64,000 nt of DNA, taken from the NCBI RefSeq assembly GCF_001194135.2, contig NC_068988.1:46670489-46734488 (forward strand), read 5' to 3'. Numbering within the stretch: position 1 is the stretch's first letter; each line of letters starts with the position of its first letter. The notes under the pieces are model-generated. The model had not been told where the DNA came from, did no database searches, and saw nothing but the letters and a program-made list of their open reading frames with translations. Both the position numbers and the translations under genes were made by a program. Positions 53,123 to 64,000 of this stretch are shown in pieces. Source of the stretch: Octopus bimaculoides (lineage: Eukaryota).

Positions 53123-53760
53123 CACACTACACGCAAAAATCCCACACACATACACATGCATATGTCTTCTTGTTGTACATACTATATATCCTTCAACCTC
53201 ATATATGTGTATGTATGTACATTATTCATTTATGTATGGACGCATGTTTTATAAATGAGTGTAGCTGTAAACACGACACATAAATGTATGTGTGAGTGCA
53301 GATGTGCATGTGTATGCTTGTATATTATGACTGTTATGATTTGGTTTGGTTCTAGTCAACAAAGCGTCAAATGTTTGACTAAAAGTTTGTTAGTTCAAAT
53401 CTTTTCACAAATACCGAGCAGTATTTGTGACCAAGACATTTAAAGTTCTCTATGGAAGAGTTCATAGTTTACTGCACCAATTAGCAATGTATTACAGCTG
53501 CTTTGTATATTTGCTGTTGTCAACGCGACTGCTACCATGGTTACCAGACAAATTTGATATTATCAGTACTCCATTATACTCTTTGTAGATGCAGGCTTCA
53601 TTCAGGAGATACAAAAAATGTGACACTCCTCATCTTTGAACATGGTACACTAAAAATCAAATAAACTCACACCTGATTCGCCAATCTGGTTATTACATGA
53701 AGAGTTAGCATCATTGCCACATAAAGGTGCTTTACACTAAGGTCATATCACAAGAAAGAG

Positions 53761-53945
53761 AAGGCGGCGACCTGGCAGAGTCATTAGCACACCGGGAAAA
53801 ATGTTTAGCGGCATTTCACCCGTCTTTACGTTCTGAGTTCAAATTCCATCGAAGTTGACTTTGCCGTTCATCCTTTCGTGGGCGATAAAATAAGTAACAG
53901 TTGAGCAATGGGGTCGATGTAATCGATTTACCCCTGCCTCGAACT
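53761..53945 (+). mobile_element. SINE family B
   Basis: AGGCGGCGACCTGGCAGAGTCATTAGCAC...GTTCTGAGTTCAAATTCC...TTCATCCTTTCG...GGGGTCGATGTAATCGA. Confidence 0.9.
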
Positions 53946-54629
53946 TGCTTGAAGAAAAGATTTAAATGGAGCAAGGGATTTTGGTGATATGTGTTGAAAG
54001 CCCACCATAAGAATTTGAGAGACCAACATACTTTCGTGCTCACATGAAAGTTCTACAGATTATGCAGCTCAGGCTTGTGAAGTGACAATTCGAAAAAGAT
54101 ATATTGGCTTCCTTGTGACAGGGGAATTTTGGAGAGCATGCAGTTGATGACTTACGTGGGGGTAACCTTCATTAGTTAAGAGACAAGAACAAAGATTTAG
54201 TGATTAGTGAGGTGATGTGTGGGTGTGCTGCAAGTTTTATCTAAATGCGACACATTCAGTATGGACATGCACACAATGATTTCATAACGAAAGAACTATA
54301 CGAGAATTATACATATGCAAAGGAAATAGCTTTAGCAAAGATAAATGATATAGGGTATGAAACAGTTCAGAAACCTCGATTAACACATAAAACAGAACCA
54401 TTCCAACCAAAGGCCTGCAACTGAACATGAAGGACTTTAAAAAGAAATTTGATATAAACGCCAGTATGAGAATCATTGTTCATCCAAACTGAACATAGAA
54501 TAACGAATAAACGATAATAAAATGTTTAATCCCAAAAGTAAAGAATCATAACCAATTCACCCTTTGGAATGAGATGGATGAAATTTTAGAATGCTTTGAC
54601 ATTCGTAACTAATAATCCTTTCTGCTATA

Positions 54630-54832
54630 GGATTAGGTCTAACATTTTTGGGGCGGGGACAAGTTGATTACATCGACCCCAGTACTCACTCAACTTGTAC
54701 TTATTTTTATCAACCCTGGAAGGATGAAAAGCAAAGTCGACCTCAGCGGAAGTTGAACTCAGAACGTTAAAACAGAAAAAATGTCGTTGAGTATCTTTCA
54801 AGCGTGTTAACGATTCAGCCAACTCGCTGCCT
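54630..54832 (-). mobile_element. SINE family B
   Basis: GATTACATCGACCCCAG...GGATGAAAAGCAAAGTCGACCTCAGCGGAAGTTGAACTCAGAACG...GCCAACTCGCTGCCT. Confidence 0.9.
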
Positions 54833-54899
54833 TCGAAGTTTTAACTAATAATAAGAAAATGAAGTTTCTTCAATTATGTCACCACTAATTTTTCATAAA

Positions 54900-55480
54900 T
54901 CACTAATTTTCACAAAGAAAAGTCCTCGATTTAACTAGAGATGAAATTGATATAATTATAGTAACTAAGAATAATTTAATTTCTTAACAAGAACTGCAGA
55001 TTAGAAAGTGAAAAAATGCACGAGTTTTTCCGTCTCTGCAGAAACAACAAACAAGGTCATCTGTTCTTATTATGTCAATTTAAGACAAATTCTGAAAAGT
55101 TGCTGAAAAATTATACTGAGATTAGACACTTTTAACTGTTAATAACTTTAAATTTCGGTCATGGAATGATATCTTAAGGTATTATAAAGTTTTCAAGGAA
55201 TTTAATCTTTCTATGTCTTTTAAATCGAATTAAAAAATAAACTTTCTTGATGTTGCTCTTAACTTTAGTACTGTTTTATACTATCGTTTCCATAAAAATA
55301 TCGAGAATCCGTATTACGTTCACATATTATTTTACAACATTAACTTTTTTATTAACAGCTTAGAAATATATCAGTGGGAATCTCTAAGCAGTCAGCCAAC
55401 AAAGAAATATTGAAAGATTGTGCTTAGTATTATAATGAGGTACTGAAAAGGAGTGGCTATAAAGATATATTAACTTAGAT
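54900..55480 (+). mobile_element. Penelope-like element reverse-transcriptase remnant
   Basis: DEIDIII...; KVFKEFNLSM...N*KINFLDVALNFST..Y..FHK...NPYYVH; SANKEIL...YNEVLKRSGY match the Penelope RT thumb (NFLDV.LNL...Y.P..KPN..P.YV...S.NK.IF...YN.AL..SGY). Confidence 0.75.
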
Positions 55481-55904
55481 TTCCTTATTGTTACATAAAA
55501 AAATCTAACTTCTATGACAAACTGAGCGAACTGCACTAATACTGAATAACCAATTACTATGTACTCAATAAACTGTGATAACAAAAAGTCAAGTAGTGGT
55601 AGCACTGACTATCAACTAACCGTAACTAAAACAAAAGTAATAATATAGTGGAAAAGAAAAAAAAAATCGTAATTAAACATATACCCATAATCACTGTAAA
55701 TAGAAATCTAAATGGAAGCATAAATATAAACCCCCAAGTTATGGAGAGATTTCTATTAGCATCTCTAGAAACTGCGGCAATAAGATATCGTCCACACAAA
55801 ACCTATATCACATACTACCCATAACTACCACCAGCACCAGTGCACCAACATCACCCCCATCACCAAACACCAACAACAACACCACTACCACCACCTCAAC
55901 TACT

Positions 55905-56220
55905 TGAGGAAAGTGTGGAATCCCAAGAAACAATTATTCCTGTAGTACTTAGTGCATTTGGCATAATACACAAAATGCTATTAAAAAGACTAGAACAGGT
56001 TGGAATAGAAACTTGCCTTATTGATCAGCAGAAAAGAACCATCCTGTATTCTGCAAGAATCCCAAGGAATACTGTTAAGATACGAGGAGACTTGTCACCA
56101 GGCATCAAGATGAAATATCTGCTAAATTAGCATGCACTAGCGCAATAACAATAACAATAACAATAATAATAATAACAATAACAATAATGATAATGATAAT
56201 TATGATAATGAGGATGATAT
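55905..56220 (+). mobile_element. R4/Dong-like (restriction-like endonuclease) LINE 3' end with (AAT/AAC)n tail
   Basis: IIPVVLSAFGIIHKMLLKRLEQVG...QKRTILYSARI matches IP.V.GALG.I.K.L...L..IG...LQK..LL.TARILR. Followed by an AATAAC/AAT-repeat tract at ~56145-56220. Confidence 0.7.
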
Positions 56221-56689
56221 ACCTACCAGTATTACTGATAACGATATTAAGAACTCCTACCAATATGATATAATAATATAGAAGTAAATAAATCTAATTA
56301 TATATCTATTGCTAAAAAGCATTCATTTACTGAATAATATGAAAAGACAACGATACAAATGATAATAAAATCATAGTTAATAAGGAAAGAGCATTATGAG
56401 CAATTGTCTTCGCTCAGTACACAGCGGATTCTAACACTAGTAGTGATAATCATAAACATCCACTTGCTGTCCTTCCACCGTCGTCACAACATGAGTCCTC
56501 ACCAAAGCACACACACGTGCGGCGCACGCACACACACACATACACACATACACACTTACACACACAGGTGCACACATCCACACGTCCACACACATACTCA
56601 TATGTATATGTAGCCATGCGTGAGGTTAAATGTTTGGCGCTCACCTAATCCCTTCCTCCAAAAGTCCCTATACACATACCAACTATACC

Positions 56690-57039
56690 CCACTCTGATA
56701 AGATCGCTGAGGTCTTTTTGGTTGGGGTAGCATGGATTTCTCTTTAGCTGCCCCTCTGAAATCTGGATCAACGATTTCAAGCTATTCTGGTGTGTTGCTC
56801 TCTTCTGAAGGTGGCTGTTCTCTCTTTGTGGGAGTGGGTACTCGGAGCTCAGGGCAGTGTGGCACTGGGGCGATTGATGACAAAAGGTCTGGATATATGA
56901 TAGCAGGTGCATTCTTGGCAGCCTGATGATTTGGCAGGCTCAGTCATGCAGAAGAAGCAGTTGTTAGAGTGGTCGGTTGCTTCTCTCCAAATTCGTGGGA
57001 TTGTGAATTCCATGGCTTTCTTTTCTCCTCTGTACCATC
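56690..57039 (-). mobile_element. Chapaev3-like (CMC superfamily) transposase exon remnant
   Basis: GWYRGEKKAMEFTIPRIWREATDHSNNCFFCM, then (frameshift) KNAPAIIYPDLLSSIAPVPHCPEL.VP.P...PCYPNQKDLSDLIR. Homology starts right after a TTTTATTGTGTTCTTTTTCAG acceptor. Family assignment is from recalled motifs. Confidence 0.7.
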
Positions 57040-57155
57040 CTGAAAAAGAACACAATAAAACTACAAATATATTACACTTGCTTTCCCAATCATTCATCAT
57101 TTTCCCTCCATAAAAAAATATTCACGATAACAGATGTATTTCCATTAGTCATTGT

Positions 57156-57640
57156 ATGGTACTTGATTTCGTATATTATATTTTCATTAAATACAGTATA
57201 CGAGTAACTCCATTTAATTGAACAATGCAATCATTACATTAATTTAAATGCAGAGCAATCCTCAGCTGCATAAAGTGACAAGCAAAATCTGTAACAAATA
57301 TTTCTTCCTGAGTAGCTTCTAGTTTAGTAGCTTCTAAGCTGAAGTGAAGACAGCAAGTTCTCTGTCTATCTCCTTACCTTCTTGGAGACTTTAAGTAAAA
57401 GTATACTAATGTGTCCATCTGTTTTAATTTAATTAGATTCTATGTCTTTATGCAGCTGAGGATTGCTCTGAATTTAAATTGGTGCGGTGATTGCTTCGTT
57501 CAATTAAATGGAGTTGCTTGAAGCGATCGTACTGCATTACCTCTGGATACCCTTGTTGCTTATTTTGATTTTAATCACCTTATTTTGAAATTGTATGGAT
57601 AATACCGTACTAAATTCTAGTGCCTCAACTTAAGTACCAT
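57156..57640. mobile_element. MITE-like element with short terminal and 75-bp subterminal inverted repeats
   Basis: Ends ATGGTACTTGA and TTAAGTACCAT. Arms 57201-57275 and 57446-57520 share AACTCCATTTAATTGAAC and CAGAGCAATCCTCAGCTGCATAAAG in inverted orientation. Confidence 0.75.
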
Positions 57641-57650
57641 CTGAATCTAA

Positions 57651-57702
<52 letters not shown>

Positions 57703-58996
57703 TAAATAGTATAATTATTTTAAAAAACATTAATTCAGGTTACAACTTCATATATAAATATTTTTAGAACATCAATGTTGTAATCACAGAGCCAAAGTTT
57801 GTACGCCTGTGTGAATGTGTTCATGAATGGGAGGGCAAACTCCTCCCCATTTACCTAAGTGTAGTCATTCTTTGATAAGTTGTACTGTTTATAATATATG
57901 ATTGTATGATTTTAATTCTATGTTATCTATCCAAAAATAACTTCAGCCGGTCATAACCAAAATACAGCAAGCAAGATCAACACACCTAGGACATCTCAGT
58001 ATAACTAGCGAGACATCCCCTGTCTTTATGCGTGTACCTTATGTGACACAAACTGCATAGATTGATGCAAAACTATTAGATGCACAAAAACCTACCCATA
58101 ATGAACAGTTGCAGGAAGAGACGAAACGATCATTGTATTAAATAAAGGATAGTGCTAAATCTATCAAACATTTTCTTTATCAGTTATCATTATCTCAACG
58201 CTGCAGGATTTCTGACGTAGATCCAGCGGATATGCACCCTAGCTGTAGATGACACCAGGTAACCCAAACTGCGAACGTGCTTTACTCAGCACACTAATTG
58301 ACATACACCCATTAGTCCAAAAAATTACATATATATATATGTATATATGAGTACGAATGAATATCTATGTATAAGTGTGTGCATACATGAATACAGTCAA
58401 TAAAATTCACACACACACAAATGTGTGTTTAAAATGTGTATGTATGCATGTACATACGTACATATGAATATATTGTAACATTTTCAAACATACTGATAGC
58501 TCTCTCTAATAATGTAATTTTTCTATATAATTTAGTTCTGCATTGAAACATTATTTCCTCTAGTAGCTTGATTGGTTGTCTTTTGTCTTAGTTCATGATA
58601 ATGTCTAATTTATTTCAAATGTCATTTAAGAAAAGTAAAAAAAATATTTGTTTCTATGTGATATTAATTACTTTAAATTTGATTTGTATTCTTAAAAACA
58701 CCAAGTGTGTGAACAATGAGAAATAGAAGACAGTAGTGGAGTGGAGCAAATGAGGAATAGAAATAAGTAGGTAATTTGGAAAAGATTTGAGTAATTCTCG
58801 TACAGAAATTACTGTATTGAATTGCGGTACATAATCTTAAATCTATATCTTCATTGACTGCTTAAATAACTAAATCTTTTCAATGGCTTTTTTGTTTGTT
58901 TGTTTATACTTTGAAACAGCTGCAAAATATAAAGATATGTTCCACCTTATATCTTCTACACACTTAAAGATTGTTTATTACATGTAAATATTTCTT

Positions 58997-59615
58997 TAAC
59001 AAGCTCACGGGCTAATTGTGATTTCGATGCCTGTTCTAACCCTGTTATTCTATATATTGTTTGCAGAGAGATGAGTTGTTTCCACCTCTAACAGTCGAGA
59101 GTCCATCATTGACTAGGAGCGATGGGCATCTATCTCCCTGCCAGCAACATAAACAAAATTACATTTTGCACCAAAAGCCAATATGAGTTTCTCTCATGGT
59201 ATCTACCGCAGTATAGTCTGTTCTAACAGAACATCCACTTTTATGTTGGGATAAATATTACCTCTAAGCATCAATACTGCCTCTGTTTCTAATATATATT
59301 TTATAACAAGCTCACTGGCTAATTGTGGTACCAGTGCCTGCTCTGGCACTGTTACTCTATACATCGTTGGCAGGGAGATGAATCGTTGCTACATCTAGCA
59401 GTCGTGCATTCATCATCGAGAACACCAAGGAAGTCAGTCATGTTATTCAGTGGTCTCAGCTGTTGAGGTGACGGGGTTTTATCTCCTTGCCTGTGATGTA
59501 AACAAGAGAGCACTCTGCACTAAAAAGCCAATAAGAGAATTTCAGACACGGTATCTACCTCATTATACATTTTTAAAACGGAACATCTACGTAAGTGGGG
59601 ATAGATATTACCTCT
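58997..59615. repeat. Diverged tandem duplication (~270 and ~310 bp units)
   Basis: Collinear anchors: TAACAAGCTCAC.GGCTAATTGTG (58997, 59304), TGCAC.AAAAGCCAAT, GGTATCTACC and GGGATA.ATATTACCTCT (ending 59265, 59615). Confidence 0.85.
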
Positions 59616-59754
59616 CAGTAAATTTAACGACCCATCACATTTGGGGACTTGGTGTGTCATAGTCTGGTACTGTATCTTGGGCAAGTTGTGTCCATAATAT
59701 AGTTTCGATTCTCTCTTTTTGTATACTACTATTGCAGATTTTGCTATACTCCTT

Positions 59755-60250
59755 TACTCTATTACTTGTTTCATTCATTTGACTGTGGCCATGCTGGAGC
59801 ACCACCTTTAGTCGAGCAAATCGACCCCGGAACTTATTTTTTGGAAGCCTAGTATTTATTCTATCGGTCTCTTTTGCCAAACCGCTAAGTTACAGGGACG
59901 TAAACACACCACCATCGGTTGTCAAGCGATGGTAGGGGGACAAACACAGACACACAAACACACATACATANNNNNNNNNNCTAAGTTACAGGGACGTAAA
60001 CACACCACCATCGGTTGTCAAGCGATGGTAGGGGGACAAACACAGACACACAAACACACATACATATATATATATATATACATATATACGACAGGCTTCT
60101 TTCAGTTTCCGCCTACCAAATCCACTCACAAGGCTTTGGTCGGCTCGAGGCTATAGTAGAAGACACTTGCTCAAAGTGCCACGCAGTGGGACTGAACCCG
60201 GATCCATGTGGAAGGTAAGCAAGCTACTTACCACACAGCCACTCCTGCGG
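59755..60250 (-). mobile_element. Near full-length SINE family A (with a 10-N gap and duplicated flank)
   Basis: The minus-strand head is GCAGGAGTGGCTGTGTGGTAAGTAGCTTGC...CCGGGTTCAGTCCC; the tail is ...GAAACAAGTAAT. Confidence 0.9.
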
Positions 60251-61474
60251 CTATAAATAATTTATTTTTCATATCTCTATTAGATATTTTTCCTTGCAAA
60301 GACAATATGTATTGCGTGTTACCAACTAGATTAGAGAGTCTCAGTGTGTTTGTGTGAGTGCATAAAATATGATGTGGGGGGCATTTTGTGACACCGTGAC
60401 ACAGAGCAGAGTCGGTGATTTTTCAAAATATTGAAACTGTAACATTGAGTGAATGATAATAGTGATAATACTGGATTAAACAAGTATGAAGTTAGGATTT
60501 TGATATTAAGGCAATAATTTGTTGAATGGTTTCAGATAATTTGACATTCTAAATGAAAATAAATGAATAAGATCAGCAAAATGCGTTTGTTCAGCTTCGG
60601 TACAGTTTTGCCATGTGACTATAAATTATTGAGAAAAACAAAGCATGAGGATATTCTAACGATGGTTTCTGCTGATTTTGGAAAAATTTCTCACTCACCC
60701 AATCTCTTTCCTTTCCCCTTTTCCCTTTTTCTCTTTTGCCCTCTCTCTCCCTCCCTCACACACTCTCTCTCTCTCTCTTTCTCTCTCACACACACACGCA
60801 CACACAAATGCATACAGCTGCCAAATTATTTATATATGTATTTGACATTGTTCAGGTCTGGCAACTACCATACTTGGCTTATAATTACTTAATTGTCAAG
60901 AAAGCTGCATTGAGCAAGTGTGTTAAGCTTAAAATTAAGTGAATAATTAATATTTCTATTACTTTATCATTATTTAAGGTTTCCTTTAATTGCGAGAAAT
61001 TCTATATGTGCTCTCACTATCGGACTCCATGCAAACTTGACTGATTCTTAAGGATAATATATAAATATCTGTATATATCTTTCTCTCTCTCTTTTTCTCC
61101 CCATCACTCTTTCCTTCTCTCTCTCTCTCTTTCTCTCTTCCTCTCTATCTGAAAATTCATTTAAACAAGTAATCAGAAATTTTAGTTCTGGTGACTCATA
61201 ATTAAGACATAGCATCACCCAATTTTTAAAAAATATTTCTGCAATATATGAGTGCACTTAGTTTAAGCTAAGTGAATAATTATTATTTCAGTTGCTTTTA
61301 TTCTGGATAATAAGTGGGTAGGAGTAGAAATCGAGGCCTCTTCAAGTCATAGATAATATAGCTTGTCCAAGAGAATAGTAAAAATTTATACAGGAAAGAG
61401 AAGACATGTCAGTCTTGTTTAACAACTTCTCTAGTGTGAATGACATTATACGTACATGCATACATACATCCATT

Positions 61475-62381
61475 TACTACATATATGGGAAAATCTGTCT
61501 GTGGGTGTGTTTGTGGAGCTGTTAGCTAACTCCTCCTACATCGCTTTATCGATTTTGATGAAACTTTATACGTAAGTAGAAATCATATCTGTTAACCTCG
61601 TGGCTTAATCAGATTATTGAAAACGTCAATAATAGGGCCACCGGAAAGGATCCTTATATATATCTCATATATTTTATTTTTAAAACCAAGGGAAATGACC
61701 CATTTGCCCCTGGAAGGGATCCTTATATATAACCAAGAGAAATAACTCATTCATTTTCCTAAATTATTTGGTAAACATGAAATTGAGTATGCTTATCTCA
61801 TAGTATTTGAACTGTTAGAGTTATTTTTGCAATTTATTCAGTACAGCCCAACTAAATATTATTTTCCTAACCAATAGATCCAATTATTTCGGTTGACGAC
61901 TTATTCGCGAATATACCAACACTAGCGACCCTGAAGGTAATATTCTCTGGAAACCCACAAAAGCCCTTTTCAGAGTTATTTACTTTGAATTGTTATTATC
62001 TCATATCTGATTAGCTTGTTATTACGTAACATGTTTCACGATTTTAGTATCCATATCTTATTAGTATTTCTTCCTATGTTCTAAATACTCTGCAAACACA
62101 TTAAAGCCCTTTTGGGGGCTACTTTCTTTGAATTCTTACTATCAGGTAATTAATTTAATGTTATTACATAACTGACTTCACGATTTGTGTATTCATAAGT
62201 TATTGAGAATTTCTAAAAACAAGATCCTATGTAAGACAGTTCGGTATTCTCTGTAAATGCACAAAAACCGTTTTAAGGGTACATACTTTGCATTGTTGTT
62301 ATTGGATTAGCGAAACGATTATGAGAACGGAACGAAGGGATAAGCCCCACTTTCCCGGAAATTACCGAGTATGTCAGCTAG
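61475..62381 (+). mobile_element. Non-autonomous Helitron-like element (Lep1/HINE-type architecture)
   Basis: 5' ATATAT..AAAATCTGTCTGT...AACTCCTCC...CGATTTTGATGAAACTTT. 3' imperfect hairpin CCCGG-AAATTA-CCGAG (62354-62369), then CTAG (62378-62381) followed by T. Confidence 0.65.
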
Positions 62382-62499
62382 TACATACACACACACAAAC
62401 ATATGCATAACTTAGAAATGTTTCGACCAAAGATTGGTCCAGGACATGTCTAACTTAATAGCACCACCTGACAGGGTTAGCTAAATCCATTTTAAGTCA

Positions 62500-62822
62500 A
62501 GTTTTGTGGTATTATGGTCCATTTGAGTAGGGAGTTCTTGTTGAGCGAGTTGTATCCAGGTATAGGTAATTATTCGATATTCCTTGAAGATATTTGTCCA
62601 GATTCTGTTTAAAGGTAAAGGGATCCTTTTCTTCTTTGATCTGCTTCAGGACAATGTTAAATAGAGCAGAGCCTGCTGAGAAAAAGAAATTGTGTTTCCG
62701 TGTGCTTAAATAATGTGATCCTGAATTAGGTAGGGGACGTATGGCCCGTGATCCTAGCCTTGGATGAATTTTGAAGTTACTGTTGAGGTCGTTTGGGCAA
62801 TGCTGGTGGTATATTCTCCTTA
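62500..62822 (-). mobile_element. CR1-like LINE 3' fragment
   Basis: FKIHPRLGSRAIRP...STRKHNFFFSAGSALFNIVLKQIKEEKDPFTFKQNLDKYLQGI matches PRLG...N.F...GP.LFN..PK.IK...F K..LD.FL..IPD. Confidence 0.8.
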
Positions 62823-63194
62823 TATATATNNNNNNNNNNNNNNNNNNNNNNNNNNNNNNNNNNNNNNNNNNNNNNNNNNNNNNNNNNNNNNNNNNNNNNN
62901 NNNNNNNNNNNNNNNNNNNNNNNNNNNNNNNNNNNNNNNNNNNNNNNNNNNNNNNNNNNNNNNNNNNNNNNNNNNNNNNNNNNNNNNNNNNNNNNNNNNN
63001 NNNNNNNNNNNNNNNNNNNNNNNNNNNNNNNNNNNNNNNNNNNNNNNNNNNNNNNNNNNNNNNNNNNNNNNNNNNNNNNNNNNNNNNNNNNNNNNNNNNN
63101 NNNNNNNNNNNNNNNNNNNNNNNNNNNNNNNNNNTATATATATATATATATATATATATATGCATATATGTACGCATTCATACATGTATGTACA

Positions 63195-63390
63195 CATCAT
63201 CGTCATCATCTTCTTCATCGTTTAGCGTCCCTTTCCATGCTTCCATGGGTTAAATGGTTTGACTAGGAGTAGAAATCCAGAGAGCTGTGCCAAGTACCAT
63301 TCTGATATGGGTTGGTATCTACAGCTGGATGAATTTCTTAATGTCAACCACTTCAAAAGTGTAGTGGTACCTTTTACATGTCACCAGGAT
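63195..63390 (-). mobile_element. RTE-type 3' tail (LINE or SINE) next to (CAT)n
   Basis: CATCGTTTA.CGTCC.TTTCCATGCT..CATGGGTT...CTACAGCTGGATG...C(C)AACCAC is a typical RTE-derived tail in reverse orientation. Confidence 0.65.
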
Positions 63391-63469
63391 ATACATATAT
63401 ACATACATATATATAGATAAACATAAATATACACACACACACACACACACATACACACACATATATATC

Positions 63470-63754
63470 TATGTAATACAAATAATATATGAGTATAGGC
63501 ATACATACGTACATGTATGTACATACCTACATCTACACGTATATATATAGATGCANNNNNNNNNNACATACGTACATGTATGTACATACCTACATCTACA
63601 CGTATATATATAGATGCATATCTGGGTACGGACGTTGCAAAATGACATGGACAAAAAGATAAACAGAATACGAAAACACACAGGCCACATAGAGAACATT
63701 TCCTTCATCAACTGCCACCATTTCAAAACTAAGCGTTTCGAAGAGTTAGGGCAG
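63470..63754 (-). repeat. Dispersed repeat (copy 2), homologous to 37407-37625
   Basis: See copy 1. Contains a 10-N gap with duplicated flank. Confidence 0.9.
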
Positions 63755-63905
63755 AACGCATTGTTAGAATGACTTTTCCCACGGACCACAAATTAAATTT
63801 GTACCGTAGAGGAATGTAGTGGCGGACAGAAAACAAGACAGGAAAACGTAACAGTGAAAAAAAGTACATATATTCATATACACACACAAATAGATATGCA
63901 CATAC

Positions 63906-63945
<40 letters not shown>

Positions 63946-64000
63946 ATTGGAATTGTTACTTACTTATTTGTAATTCACCTCTTTCAGAATATGCCTCTCA

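Overview
AT-rich eukaryotic intergenic or intronic DNA from a draft assembly with many N gaps and dense microsatellites (TA, CA, GA, GATA, AAG, AAT, CAT, GTT). The microsatellite load and the recurring tRNA-derived SINE families resemble an Octopus (coleoid cephalopod) genome; this is an inference. I recognise no intact host protein-coding gene, rRNA, genuine tRNA or CRISPR array, and most long ORFs in the track are microsatellite or N-gap artefacts. The window holds decayed mobile elements: a Ty3/Gypsy pol (RT-RNaseH-integrase, plus a weak protease-like segment), CR1-like, RTE, R4/Dong-like and Penelope retroelement fragments, mariner derivatives, a DD37D (maT) element, a Tigger/pogo transposase, a Chapaev3-like transposase exon, two Helitron-like elements and about 20 SINE copies. 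The most interesting signals are type I hammerhead-ribozyme folds (47361-47445 minus, 414-504 plus, and a decayed inverted pair at 16678-16884), several long foldback structures including a mariner built from two 5' ends, a diverged tandem duplication of a hairpin-containing unit, and a candidate spliced transcript near 3.6-4.1 kb. All alignments and folds were done by eye.
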